Assembly (NCBI RefSeq): GCF_044704955.1
Contig: NC_091999.1
Coordinates: 24,552,001 to 24,616,000 of the forward strand
DNA from: Pristiophorus japonicus
Lineage: Eukaryota
Length of the DNA: 64,000 nt
Reading direction: 5' to 3'
Shown here: positions 1 through 11,908 of the stretch, piece after piece
Layout of the letters: each line of letters starts with the position of its first letter
Position numbering within the stretch: the stretch's first letter is position 1
Position numbers and translations under genes: made by a program
The notes under the pieces: model-generated
Database searches by the model: none
Told to the model about the DNA's origin: nothing
The model's input: only the letters and a program-made list of their open reading frames with translations

Positions 1-1665
1 ATGAGTCTGCAACTGCCAGCAGGCCTCAGGTGACCAAGATGACTCAGAGTCCGCAAGGCAATTAACACCTTGTTGGCATTGTGGAGGCTTCCATTCTGCC
101 TATTCATTCCGGTTCAAAGGGTATGTTTGCAACAGCTGTGGACCAATGGGGCACCTCCAACGAGCTTGCAGACGAGCTGCAAGTTCAGCTAAACCTGCTG
201 ACCACCACGTGGCAGAGGAATATCGGTCCATGGTGGAACAAAGCAATTTCAAGCCTCAGAGAGAGGAGGCAGATGCTGAAGTACACGGGCTGCACACATT
301 TTCGACAAAATGTCCACCTATATTGTTAAATGTAAAATTCAATGGCTTACACATAGCCATGGAACTGGACACTGGTGCTAGCCAATCCATCATGAGTAAA
401 AAGATGTTTGAGAGACTGTGGTGCAATATGGCACTCATACCAACCATGAGCCCCATGCACACGAAACTGAGAACGTACACCAAAGAGCTCATCACTGTCC
501 TGGGCAGTGCCATAGTCAAGTTCACCAACGAGGGCATGGTGCACGAACTGCCACTCTGGATTGTCCTGGGCGATGGCCCCACACTGCTTGGAAGGAGCTG
601 GCTGGGAAAAATCCGCTGGAACTGGGTGACATCCGAGCGCTATCACATGTCGATCAGGCCTCGTGTACCCAGGTTCTTAAAAATGTCTTTCCCTTTTTGA
701 GCCAGGCATTGGAAACTTTTCCGGGGCGAAGGTGTTTATCCACTTGGTCCGAGAGGCACGGCCCATTCACCACAAGGCGCGAGCGGTACCTCACATGATG
801 AGGGAGAGAGTGGAAATCGGGCTGGACAGGCTGCAACGCGAGGGCATCATCTCTCCAGTGGAATTCAGTGAGTGGGCCAGCCCGATTTTTCCAGTACTCA
901 AAAGTGATAGCACGGTCAGGATTTGCAGCGATTAGAAAGTAACTATTAATTATTTCTCGCTACAGGACCAATACTCACTACCTAAGGCAGACGACCTATT
1001 TGTGACGCAGACAGGAGGCAAGACGTTCACCAAGCTCGACCTGACTTTGGCATACATGACGCAGGAGCTGGAGGAGTCTTCGAAGTGCCTCACCTGCATT
1101 AACACGCACAAGGGACTGTTCATCTACAACAGATGTCCTTTTGGAATTCGATCGGCTGCAGCGATCCACCAGTGAAACATGGAGAGCCTACTCAAGTCAG
1201 TACCACGCACGGTGGTTTTTCAGTACGACATATTGTTCACGGGTCGGGACACCATCGAGCACCTACAAAACCTGGAGGAGGTCCTCCAGCGACTGGATCG
1301 CGTAGGGCTGCAGCTGAAGAGGTCGAAATGCGTCTTCATGGCAACAGAAGTGGAGTTTTTGGGGAGAAAGATCGCGGCGGACGGCATTCGGCCCACAGAC
1401 GCCAAGACAGAGGCTATCAGGAACGCGCCCAGGCCACAGAACGTCATGGAGCTGCGGTCGTTCCTGGGACTCCTCAACTATTTTGGTAACTTCCTACCCG
1501 GGTTAAGCACCCTCTTAGAGCCCCTACATGTGTTATTGCGTAAAAGTGAGAACTGGGTATGGGGGGGAAAAAACAAGTAATTGCTTTTGAGAAAGCCAGA
1601 AACATTTTATGCTCCAACAAGCTGCTTGTATTGTATAACCTGTGTAAACGACTTGTGCTAGCATG
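1..1665 (+). mobile_element. Decayed Ty3/Gypsy LTR-retrotransposon pol fragment (protease, RT, start of RNase H), cut off by the ERV LTR at 1666
   Basis: Protease motif MELDTGASQS (~359-388). RT motifs WASPIFPVLKSD..VRICSD, KLDL..AY, CPFGIRSAAAI, VFQYDIL (degenerate xDD) and RSFLGLLNYFGNFLP. Ends in LVLAC of the RNase H LVLACDAS motif. Contains frameshifts and stops. Confidence 0.9.
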
Positions 1666-2198
1666 TGTTTGGATCGATAATAATAGATCCAGGTTCGGGA
1701 TCTGGATGAATGTTAAATAAGAGACAAGACAAATGAAGTAAAGATAAAACACCATTTACTGAGAGAAAGGAAACATCATACAGTTTACGAAGAAAAGAGA
1801 AGTATGATAAGATGCAACAAAGCTCACAGCCTTCGGCCCGTCGGGAAATCCGCAACGACAGCTGGTCAGGAGCCTTGGGGCTCCCGGCACCGCTCGCGAA
1901 TCACGGTCCAAGGTGAAATTCAAAGAGGTCCTGAACAGTTCCGTTCCTTTATACTATTGAACAAACATGGGTGCATGTGGCTTATGGCCAACTCCTAATC
2001 TGTAAGGCCCCAGCTGTTCTTCCACAAAGCATGAAGCATCGAGGCGCCTATCGTCCCATAAATAAGATGGTGTGTGCATCAAGGTCTCTCTCTCTCTCTC
2101 TCTGCATCAACAACATTCCACGAGGCATGAAGCGGAATACACACTATAAGTGTCGGAATATCATAATTAACCCTATGTGATTAACCCTATACAATACA
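1666..2198 (-). repeat. 3' LTR of class III ERV
   Basis: On the minus strand begins TGTATTG right after PPT AAGGGTGGA and ends ...GATCCAAACA. Direct repeat of 7516-8045, with about 23 mismatches in the first 280 nt counted by eye. Confidence 0.9.
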
Positions 2199-2222
2199 AT
2201 CCACCCTTGAAATTTAGACATT

Positions 2223-2744
2223 CTAAGTATTATAATCGAGTTGAAGGCGTAATGCATCAGTTACATGTTGTGTATGCGCAAGCAACGCCCGCAATCTACA
2301 CCAAAGAATACATACAAGCAGTAATATCAGTAATAACGGGACGAGTAAAACAACAATAGGATGTATTAACAGCTTCAAAGTGGCGGATGTTTTTGGGGAC
2401 CATCCTTAAAAGATGTCCCACCAATGGTGTACTGTAAGGTCAGTGATCGTTGTCGCAACTCTGACCAATGTGCCTTCACTGTAACTCATAGCAACTTGCA
2501 GAGTATGAAGAGTACGCCCTCGTTTGCTCAATTCGTCAGTAACCTTTATGATTATCTTTTAGAAATTGAGCTTAACGAGTTAGGTCTACAATGGGAGGAA
2601 GGTTAGTAATTGTCTTGCGTACGATCAGTGTTAGCCTAACCGTCACCCTATATGGCCATCTGATGCTGGGTTTGAGGATGGAAGTTGCACAGTCACAGAT
2701 AACGAGACACAGATGCTGGCCAGCACGAGTTGGTAGGTCGCCAT
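2223..2744 (-). pseudogene. env: Internally deleted env remnant (signal peptide fused to membrane-proximal/TM C-terminus)
   Basis: Acceptor TTCCTCCCACAG (AG at 2760-2759) then ATG 2744 MATYQLVLASICVSLSVTV. C-terminus reads HHWWDIF*GWSPKTSATLKLLIHPIVVLLVPLLLILLLVCILWCRLR...*, stop at 2223. Confidence 0.75.
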
Positions 2745-2786
2745 TTTGGGCAGAATTCCTGTGGGAGGAAGCATAATTATATTAAT

Positions 2787-5700
2787 TCAGCCCCGTTTAG
2801 TCAATTTACCCTTGTCAACAGAGAGAGGAATGTATTGACCGGTCAGGAGCACCCAATAAGTGTTTCCTTCTCCTTTCGCTAAGATTTCCCCTGCTTGTAA
2901 GCGTTTCTGGAGGTACTGCACCCACACTTTTCCTCCTTCACAAACTGTGTCCTGAGTCTGATTTCCTTTTTCAATAGTAGGGACACTAACTTTGCCTAAC
3001 ATGTGGCTTATGGAGTTCCCCCCACAATGGTCGGTGATTCAGATTGCGCACTGCTTGTGGGAAGACCTTTAACCATCCTTGCAATGTGTTAGTGGTAGTT
3101 AATATTTTAATCTGTTGCTTAAGTAATCCATTCATGCGTTCTATTAACCCTGCAGCTTGCGGATAGTAAGGTATGTGAAACATCCAATAGATCTCGTTGT
3201 CTACCGCCCACTGTTGCACTGTTTGACCTGTGAAGTGCGACCCATTATCGGATTGTACTTCTGCTGGCTCACCGTAGTATGTGATTAAATTCTCCAGTCC
3301 TTTAATCATACTTTGTTGATTCGCTTTAGACACTGGTTAAGCGATCAGAAATGTAGAATAGGTATCAACAACAATGAGCAAATATTGGAACCGTTGTTGC
3401 AATGGTAAAGGTCCTACATAATCAACTTGCCATGTTTCTGCTGGTTGAGTCCCTCTCTTAATATGGCACCGGGTTGTCGTTGTAGGCGGAAATGCTTCAC
3501 CTTTAACACATTTCACAGGTGTTTATGATCTGTTTAACACCGTCCATAGTCAAATGTAACCCCCCCATTTCGTGCCCACTGTATCGTACCCTGAATGCCC
3601 AAATGTCTAGATTTGTAGTGGGCCCACTTGCCTGTGCCATATTCTTCCTCTTCCGCCTGTTTGATAGCCCGTACCCGGGCTATATTATCAACGGTGTTAT
3701 TATATTCAGAGGTCTTTGAAGTGTTTTTCATGTGAGTGTCCACATGATATACAGTTATTTTCATCTCCTGGTCTTTGGACCATATTTGTTCCCATAGGTA
3801 CTTTCCCTACAAGTCTTTCCCCGTTATTTGCCAGTTATGTTCATGCCAGTTTCGCATTCAGCCCGCCATGCCATTGGCTACTGCCCCTGAGTCAGTATAT
3901 ATGTGTACGTGTTGCCGTTTCTCTTCTAACGCAAGGACTACAGCTGCTAGTTCGGCTTGCTGGCTGGAGCCTCCCACGCCCTCATCATGCACAATTGTCT
4001 GGGTTTTTGTATTGAAGGCAGTGGCTCGCCATCGCCGAAGGCCATTTCGCCAGACCGCTGAGCCACCTGTGAACCAGGCATGGCTACGTTCTTCGGGTGT
4101 TAACTGTTCAAAAGGCACGCCCCAGGGGATCGGTGACTCTTTGCTTAAACTGACAGACGACTGCGTAAGTTCACTCTCAGCTGTTTGTGGGTATCCAGCC
4201 ACATGCTCATGTAGTCGGGTGATTACTTCTTTCCCTTTACTTGCTCTGTCTGCGATATACCATTTCCAGCGCACTATGGAGCTTTGCTGCGCTCGCCCGA
4301 TCTTGTGTGTCCCATTTTCTGAGAGAACCCACGATAAAATGGGTAGGTCTGGTCTTAAATTGACTTTGTCGTCCCCTGTCTGTCCTTCTGTTTTTGTAAT
4401 GGCCCAATAACATGCTAATAATTTTTTCTCAAATGGAGTGTAACGAGCAGCAGCATCTGTCAATTTTCTAGACCAGAACCCTAACGGTATACGAGTGCCA
4501 TGTTGAACCTGCCACAAACTTCATACTGCAGTATCATTGGTAACGGATACCTGTAACTCAAAAGGCTGTCCAGGCACTCGTGGGGCTAGGGGTAAAGCTT
4601 GAGCTACGGCTTCTTTGGCTGCATCAAAAGCCACCTGTTGTTCCTTTCCCTACTCGAAGTGGGCCTTTTTTCGTGTTACGGCATACAACGGTTTTAAAAG
4701 CATCGTGATGTGAGGTATATGTCTCCTCCAGTAACCCAATAGTCCCACGAACCATTGTGCCTCAGCTTTATTCGTGGAGGTGGCCATTTCTTGAATTTTA
4801 TTCTTCACAGGCTCGGGTATGATGCGCTCACCCCGAGACCATTGGATCCCCAGAAACTGGACAATCTGGCTAGGGCCCTGCACCTTCTTCGGATTTATCT
4901 CCCAGCCCATATCTCACATGTGTTGGACTAAAGTAGCTAGGGCTTCTGACACCACAGCCTCGGTGGGATTTCTTATTAGTACATCATCGATGTAGTGTGC
5001 CAGTGAGACATTAGGAGCCAACGTGCACAACCAGGTCCCGGGCCACCAATCCGTGGCATAGGGTACGGCTATGTCGGTAACCTTGAGGTAGGCTTTTAAA
5101 CGTGTATTGCCTCCCTTCACAAGTGAATGCAAACTGGTCCTGGGATTCTTCCGCTATTGGAATGGAGAAAAAGGCATTGGCCAGGTCGATTACCGCATAC
5201 CACTCCGCACCTTCTTGAGACAGCCGCTCTGTTATAGTTACTACATCTGGGACAGCGGTTGCCAGGGGAGGGGCACATTTGTTCAGTTGTCGGTAATCCA
5301 CAGTCATCCTCCAACTTTTGTTGGGTTTCTGCACACGCCAAACAGGGCTATTGTAGGGGGACACCACATGTCTAATGATTCCCGCCTCCAAGAGCCCTTG
5401 TATGGTTTCCTCTATTTCTTTGTGTCCCCCAGGTATTTGGTACTGTTTCATTGTCACTATACGCAATGGCTGTGGTATTACCACTTGTTCCCACTTTGCT
5501 TCCCCTGCAATCTCAGTGTTCGCCCGTATCCCGAATGAAAATTGCCTGAACGAGGTGTTGTGTGTGGTTCCCTTTAAAAGGTCCATCCCAATAATATGTT
5601 CCTTTACTGCCGATATTAATACCGTTACCCAGCGCAGAGACCAATTTCCCACCGCCATTCTGATAGTTGTTTGGACAGCGGGCGTTTCTGCCCCACGAAA

Positions 5701-5870
5701 CCATTAATCATCATACAGGTCCCTGTGTGTTTCCTAGGATTTCCATGGATAATAGTAACTTCTGCCCCTGTGTCTAGTAAAGCAACATCTCTTTGTATGT
5801 TCCCCCCCGTCCCGTCAATGTATCATAATTGGAATGTGTGGCCTCAGATCCCCGGGAACTTGGGTTGACG
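2787..5870 (-). pseudogene. pol: ERV pro-pol (protease, RT, RNase H, integrase), fragmented
   Basis: DTG at 5774-5766. ORFs 5011-5658 (RT), YIDD ~4994-4983, 3858-4517 (connection/RNase H), 2986-3333 and 2787-3002 (integrase core and C-terminus). Confidence 0.9.
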
Positions 5871-5944
5871 TGGTTCTAACAGGGAGTACTCCCGGATCCC
5901 AGTCACAACCCAGTCGAGGGGATTACTAGCCTTCCACAGCTCTT

Positions 5945-7485
5945 CTACGCTGGGGTATAGACTAGTGGGAGGTGGTTTCTCCGCATCCACAGATTATCGC
6001 TATCCGACTTAGTCGCCCTTACCTCCCTCCTTTTAACCTTCCCTGTTCCCGGGACGCAGTGTTGCTTCCACATAGAATACATTGCTCCTGTTGGGATTCC
6101 ATAAATTTTTTCCTTGGGGACCCCTGCTTTCAGTAAAGCCGCGTACATGTCCCTCCGCACAATTCTTTTTTTTTGTCTTTCCTGAACTTATATCGTTCCC
6201 AGAGGTCGAACCTTGTCGCTGGTCCCGATTCCCCTCTACATTAGCCGTTCTCGACTCTCGCACACTATCTTCGACATTCTCTAACTGTCCTAAAAACAGG
6301 AAAGCGTCCCCCACCCGCTTCTCTTGGGCTGGTCCCAATAATGTACGTAGCGCATCCCTCTTCATCAGCCTGCTCCGTATTCCTGCCGTAAAGAGCTCCT
6401 GATCTGGCCCCCCATATTGTTGGTGATATATTCTTCCCTGTGTTGCCATCTTGCACAATTGTATCACACCCTCCAGCACAGTACTCCAAGGTTTTACCTT
6501 CCCTTCCCAATCAATGGCGGAGGGATATTTTTTCTGGACCCCTATAGTAACCATGTCCCATAGCGAACTTGTGCCCTGGACATTCCGTAGCATTGCTGTG
6601 ATATGGTGGTCCGTAATCATAGTCCTCATTTTTGTTAATTCTTCAGGGTTAAATATTACGCCTGATGCTCCCTGATCCCAAATCCGGGTTAGCCATTCTG
6701 ACAATGATTCCCGGGTTTTTGGCGAAATCGAGACCCTATTTCTTGTAACTCACTAGTGGTGAAGTCACGCACCCCTCTAGTGGTTACCGGCTGTTCCCCA
6801 TCTTGCTGTTTCGCCTTATTTATCATAAGGGTTTAGCTTTCGTGCTCGGATCATATGGGGGAGGGTTTTTAGTTTCCTCCCGTTCCCCCCCCTCTCCATC
6901 TGACCATTCATATTCTGAGTCAGAGGATTACCAGATGTCTCCTTCCCAATGAGCCGGATCCCAAGTGGGTCCAGCTACCAATGCACGTACCTTTGACCGA
7001 TCTATCTGTAATTTCCGTCATCTGGCTTTTTAATAATGTTGTACTGTCACCAGATGGCATATTAAAGTTTCTGATTGTTCATTGAGCTTGTCCACCCGTT
7101 ATTGTGCATTGCGGACCGCTTCAGTGAGAGTCGAGTTTTGACTTTCGAAAAACTTAACAGCTGTTTTTAACTCTAGGTTTTCTGCCTCACTTTCCTTAAG
7201 TTGTTTACACATCGTCCTTAATGCTGTCAACAAAATCCATCCCATTGGTGAGGGACTTCTTTTCTCCTGTGGGACGCCCGCTTCCTCCAGGAGAGACAGT
7301 ACCACGTGGGCTACGGTTCTATCTTTGCTCTGTTCCAATAACTGCATATCCCAATGTTGCAGGGGTGGAAACTGGGCTAGCACATTGGCAAGAGAGCCAA
7401 AACCCTCATCTCTCGTGCTCCACTCTGGTATTCTATACTTCTCTCCCGCAGGAGGAGACTGCTCCTTGTCTTTTCTCATAAACAT
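5945..7485 (-). pseudogene. gag: ERV gag, fragmented
   Basis: ORFs 7099-7485, 6033-6704 (SEWLTRIWDQGA, class III capsid-like) and 5945-6160 lie between the PBS and protease. Confidence 0.75.
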
Positions 7486-7493
7486 TTTACCAG

Positions 7494-7511
7494 ATCCTGT
7501 TCATGACACCA
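7494..7511 (-). promoter_or_regulatory. Primer binding site, tRNA-Ser type
   Basis: TGGTGTCATGAACAGGAT directly after the 5' LTR. Equals the tRNA-Ser(CGA) complement TGGCGTCACGAACAGGAT (recalled) with two CpG>TpG changes. Confidence 0.75.
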
Positions 7512-7515
7512 ACAT

Positions 7516-8045
7516 TTTTTGGATCGATAATAATAGACCCAGGTTCGGGATCTGGATGGATGTTAAATAAGAGACGCGACAAATGAAGTAAAGATAAAAC
7601 ACCGTTTACTGAGGGAAAAGAAACATAATACAGTTTACAAAGAAAAGAGAAGTATGATAAGATGCAACAAAGCTCACAGCTTTCGGCCCATCGGGAACTC
7701 CGCAACGATGGCTGGTCTGGAGCCTTGGGGGTCCCGGCACCGCTCGCGAATCACGGTCCAAGTTGAAGTTAAAAGAGCTACTGGACAGTTCCATTCCTTT
7801 ATACTATTGAACAAACATGGGTGCATGTGGCTTATGGCCAACTCCTAATCAGTAAGGCCCCAGCTGTTCTTCCACAAAGCATGAGACCTCGAGGCGCCGA
7901 CCGTCCCATAAACAAGATGGTGTGTGCATCAAGTTCTCTCTCTCTCTTTCTGCATCAACAACATTCCACTCGGCATGAAGCAGAAACACACTGTAAATGT
8001 CGAAATATCATAATTAACCCTATGTGATTAACCCTATACAATACA
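7516..8045 (-). repeat. 5' LTR of class III ERV
   Basis: Direct repeat of 1666-2198. Starts TGTATTG at 8045, terminal CA apparently mutated to AA, followed by the PBS. Confidence 0.9.
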
Positions 8046-8275
8046 GGGGCCGCACCACTTGCACACGCCGATTGGTTGGAAGACTAACCGCTCACCCAGT
8101 CCTCCAGCTCCACAACTGCTTTCCCTATTGGTCGGGAGCTGCCATCAATCAGCCAGGCAGTGTGAGCTGAGCATGCTCAGTGGGCGAGACAGGGGGTCAG
8201 AGATGGGTGGAGGGAGGCAGCGAGTTAATAAAGGACGCGCTTATTTGTACTGCAAAAATGGCCGCCATGTTCCAA
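8046..8275. promoter_or_regulatory. Promoter-like module 1 (CCAAT boxes, NRF1-like palindrome CTGAGCATGCTCAG, YY1-like AAAATGGCCGCCATG)
   Basis: Motifs read directly. No linked coding exon identified. Confidence 0.35.
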
Positions 8276-8444
8276 CCATTTTCCATGATTGGTTCCTTTG
8301 GAGGATGAGCCAAAGCCTGAGGTTTCACTCGAATGTGTAACTGAAAACACCCATCCCAACGTATCATTGACTTGCAAATTGTAACTTGATCCACTTTGAT
8401 TTCCTGAAACAACAGAGGCAGAGCTCCCAGAAGACAGCGACTGC

Positions 8445-9268
8445 CAGCCAAAGTGCCTTGCCCCAATCCCAGTGCACCCCTCCCCAGCCAAAGTGCCTTA
8501 CTCCAGTCGCAGTTCAGGCCTCCCCCAGCCGAAGTGCCTTACCCCAGTCCCAGTGCATGCCTCCCCCATCTGAAGTGCCTTACCGCAGTCCCAGTGCCCG
8601 CCTCCCCCAGCCGAAGTGCCTTACCCCAGTCCCAGTATATGCCTCCCCTAGGCGAAGTGCCTTACCTCAGTATATGCCTCCCCCAGCCAAAGTGCCTTAA
8701 CCCAGTCGCGGTGGAAGTCTCCTCCAGCCGAAGTGCCTTACCACAGTCCCAGTGCATTCTGTCCCCAGCCGAAGTGCCTTACACCAGTCCCAGTGCATGC
8801 CTCCCCCAGCCGAAGTGCCCTACCCCAGTCCCAGTATATGCATCCCGCCGCCAAAGTGCCTTACTTCAGTCCAGTGCATGCCCCCACCCCAGCTAAAGTG
8901 CCTTCCCCTTTCCCAATGCATGCCTCCCAGAGCCCAAGTGCCTTACCCTAGTCCCAGGGCACGCCTCCCCCAGCTGAAGTGCCTTACCACAGATCGAGCG
9001 TATGCCCCCCCAGCTGAAGTGTCTTACCCCAGTCCAAGTGCATGCCTCCCCCAGCCGATGTGCCTTACCGCAGTCCCAGTGCCCGCCTCTCCCAGCCGAA
9101 GTGCCTTACCCCAGTCCCAGTGCATGCCTCCCCATCTGAAATGCCTTACCCCAGTCCCAGTGTATGCATCGCGCAGCCGAAGTGCCTTACCCCAATCCCA
9201 GTGCATGCCTCCCCCATTCGAAGTGCCTTACCCCAGTCCCAGTGTATGCCTCCCCCAGCCGAAGTGCC
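8445..9268. repeat. 41-bp minisatellite (CCCAGCCGAAGTGCCTTACCCCAGTCCCAGTGCATGCCTCC)
   Basis: GAAGTGCC recurs at 8531, 8572 and onward, about 20 units. Confidence 0.95.
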
Positions 9269-9299
9269 AGTTTTATTTCACTGCACCACATGCATGGAA

Positions 9300-9680
9300 T
9301 GATTCGGGCCCGGATGGGGCGGGGCTTGTCGCCTGTCAGTCACAAAGTGCAGAACCAATAGTTCCCTGCGTTAATAAACCCAGGGCGGGACACACAGCAA
9401 GAGTGCGGGCCCAGGCCCGAGAGACAAAAATCCGCACCATCATCTTCACACACACCCGGGCTCGTCACCAAGAACCGAAGCACAGGCCGGTTCCAGGCCC
9501 AGTCAGTGAGCGCCCGGGGGAGCGGGCACAGCGGCCGCCATCTTGGTCAGGTTGGGGGAGAGGGCTCAGTGGTCGCCATCTTGGTTAGGGTGGGTCTCGG
9601 GGCGCATGCGCGGCCCTTTGGGCAGGGATAATGGATGGGCGGGGCTTCAGCATGTCTGTCAGTTTGATTGGACACATGTT
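9300..9680. promoter_or_regulatory. CpG-rich promoter-like module 2 (two YY1 sites CGCCATCTTGG, NRF1 GCGCATGCGC, GC boxes, CCAAT)
   Basis: GC box ~9316-9325, GCCGCCATCTTGG ~9534-9546, CGCCATCTTGG ~9574-9584, GCGCATGCGC 9602-9611, GGGCGGGGC ~9637, GATTGG ~9666. Confidence 0.5.
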
Positions 9681-9734
9681 TGTGACCAGGTCAGTAGCCC
9701 CTGACAGGGAGCCTTGTTGTGCTGATTGTTGTCT

Positions 9735-10462
9735 CACGCTAATGGGCCAGCCCGGGCTCACACTATTGGGCAGGCCCGTCTCACCCTATTGGGCCAGCAC
9801 GGGTTCACCCTAATGGGCCAGCCTGGGCTCACCCTATTGTGCCAGCACTTGCTCACCCTATTGGGCCAGCCAGGGCTCACACTATTGGGCAGGCCCGTCT
9901 CACCCTATTGGGCCAGCATGGGTTCACCCTATTGGGCCAGCCTGGGCTCATCCTGTTGAGCCAGCCTGGGCTCGACATATTGAGCCAGCCCGGGCTCGCC
10001 CAATTGGACCAACCCGGTTCACTCTATTGGGCCAGCATGGGTTCACCCTATTGGGCCAGCATGTGCTCAACCTATTGGGCCAGCCCGGGCTCACCCTATT
10101 CGGCCAGCTCGGGCTCACCCTATTGGGCCAGCCAGGGCTCACACTATTGGGCAGGCCCGTCTCACCCTATTGGGCCAGCACGGGTTCACCCTATTGGGCC
10201 AGCCTGGGCTCACCCTATTGAGCCAGCCTGGGCTCGACATATTGAGCCAGCCCGGGCTCGCCCAATTGGACCAACCCGGTTCACTCTATTGGGCCAGCAT
10301 GGGTTCACCCTATTGGGCCAGCATGTGCTCACCCTATTGGGCCAGCCCGGGCTCACCCTGTTCGGCCAGCTCGGGCTCACCCTATTGGGCAAGCCTGGCT
10401 CATTCTATTGGGCCAGCACAGGCTCACCCTATTGCGCCAGCACAGGCTCACCCTCTTGGGGG
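9735..10462. repeat. 24-bp minisatellite (CACCCTATTGGGCCAGCCCGGGCT) with a ~262-bp higher-order duplication
   Basis: CTATTG period is 23-24. The diagnostic variant CTCGACATATTGAG occurs at 9971 and 10233. Confidence 0.95.
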
Positions 10463-11029
10463 CCATTCTCCGGTGTTGTGCTACCTTGAGCGTTTGTATC
10501 AGATTTCTAACCCGTAATGTACCTGCCCTGGGAGAGTTTGATGGGACAGTGAAAGGTAGACTTACTCTGCCGTGTACTGAACTGTGACAATCTGTGACGG
10601 AACAGAGTGCTGTTTTTTAATAGAACCTGCCATGTGACTGTGACAGACCATAATATTAGAGGAGACTGCATGGTGCACCTGGTCGTTGTGCCGTAATTCC
10701 GCCTCTGGAACCGGATACAACAAGGCAGTGGTAGAGGTGTCTTTAATCCGATGGGACACTGGGTGGTCCCGTGGGTCCTTCACCAACGGGACTTGGGTTC
10801 AATCACAACCCAGACAGGACGGGTGAAATATACCTGTCAGGCAAATAAAACACAGTGTGACAGGAAAAATGGAGCGGTGTACAGGAGCCATGGAGAAAAT
10901 CCAAGTTACTTCAATTTGTCATTCCAGATTTATTAACAATTTCACGGAAAACAATTTACAGGGAAGTGTAAAAACGTGAACACAAAGTGAATATAACTGA
11001 GCAATACATTGAGAACCGAACACAGGCGG

Positions 11030-11407
11030 ATTGGGCCTATACTCTTTGGAATTTAAAATAATGAGAGGTGATCTGATTGAAACATAAGATTCTGAGGGCG
11101 CTTGACAAGTTAAATGCAGAAGGTTTGTTTACCCCGCCATTTAAGACGGAGATGAGGAGGAATTTCTTCACTTAGAGGGTTGTGAATGTTTGGAATTCCC
11201 TGCCACAGACGGCTGTGGATGCTGAGTCTCTAAATATATTCAAGACTCAAATAGTTAGATTTTTGGAACCTAGGAGAAGCAAGGAATATGCTATCAGGCG
11301 GGAAAGTGGAGTTGAGGTCGATGTTCAGCCCTGATCTTATTGAATGGCGGAGCAGACTCGAGGGGCCGTAGGGCCTACTCCTGCTCCTATTTCTTATGTT
11401 CTTATGT
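11030..11407 (+). mobile_element. CR1 LINE 3' fragment
   Basis: GLYSLEF..MRGDLIET and FKTEMRRNFF-type remnants plus (TTCTTATG)n tail. Confidence 0.85.
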
Positions 11408-11759
11408 CGGAGCTGCCGCTATCTGCACAGTTGTGACAGACATCAGAGCGAGTGAACAGGGGCTCAGCATAAAGGGAAGGGAACACTTGTGAATAAGAAT
11501 GAGAAAAGTTATTTATTTACACATGAAATGTACAAGGCACGGTGAAACTCTGAGATGCAGTTACATTACAGCCACAATTATCGAACACATTTCAAACAGA
11601 AAGACGGAAATCCCAGTTATATATTTCTCAGCGACTGATTCGGATCTAGTAACTGAAGGTAGTTTACTCTGAGAATCACCAAGAGGATATATTTTATTTT
11701 TAGTGACACAGGGATGATAAACAGATGAGGAACATCCACGGCGGCCGAAATTCAGACCA

Positions 11760-11768
11760 TCATTTGAG
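11760..11768 (-). CDS. IGHM: IgM membrane exon TM2 (L-K-stop)
   Basis: Acceptor CTCTTTTACAG followed by CTC AAA TGA, 140 nt downstream of the TM1 donor. AATAAA at 11698-11693 and 11517-11512 on the minus strand. Confidence 0.8.
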   Translation of the reverse strand, partial: LK

Positions 11769-11908
11769 CTGTAAAAGAGGGATAAAAGAATGAAGCGGAG
11801 GTTTAGTGGTCTGGGGCATTTATCTCAGGGTTTATATTAATGAAACATCCAGAGATTTGTCAAACGGCTTCAGTCAGATGGAAGTGTGAGCGGATTGAAT
11901 CTTCCCAC

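Larger units (their letters stand above)
1666..8045 (-). mobile_element. Defective class III (ERV-S/ERV-L-like) endogenous retrovirus: LTR-gag-pro-pol-deleted env-LTR
   Basis: Two ~530-bp direct LTRs, PBS and PPT. Gag WLTRIWDQG motif, protease LLDTGA, RT LPQGY and HYIDD, RNase H WFTGGS/AELAAV/IYTDS, integrase SDNGSHF/HIPYYPQAAGLIERMNGLLK. Many stops and frameshifts. Confidence 0.92.

Noticed and set aside
8386-10517. Long Pro/Cys- and Gly/Leu-rich ORFs (e.g. 8752-9588, 9839-10489)
   Set aside because: Translations of the 41-bp and 24-bp minisatellites, open in several frames.
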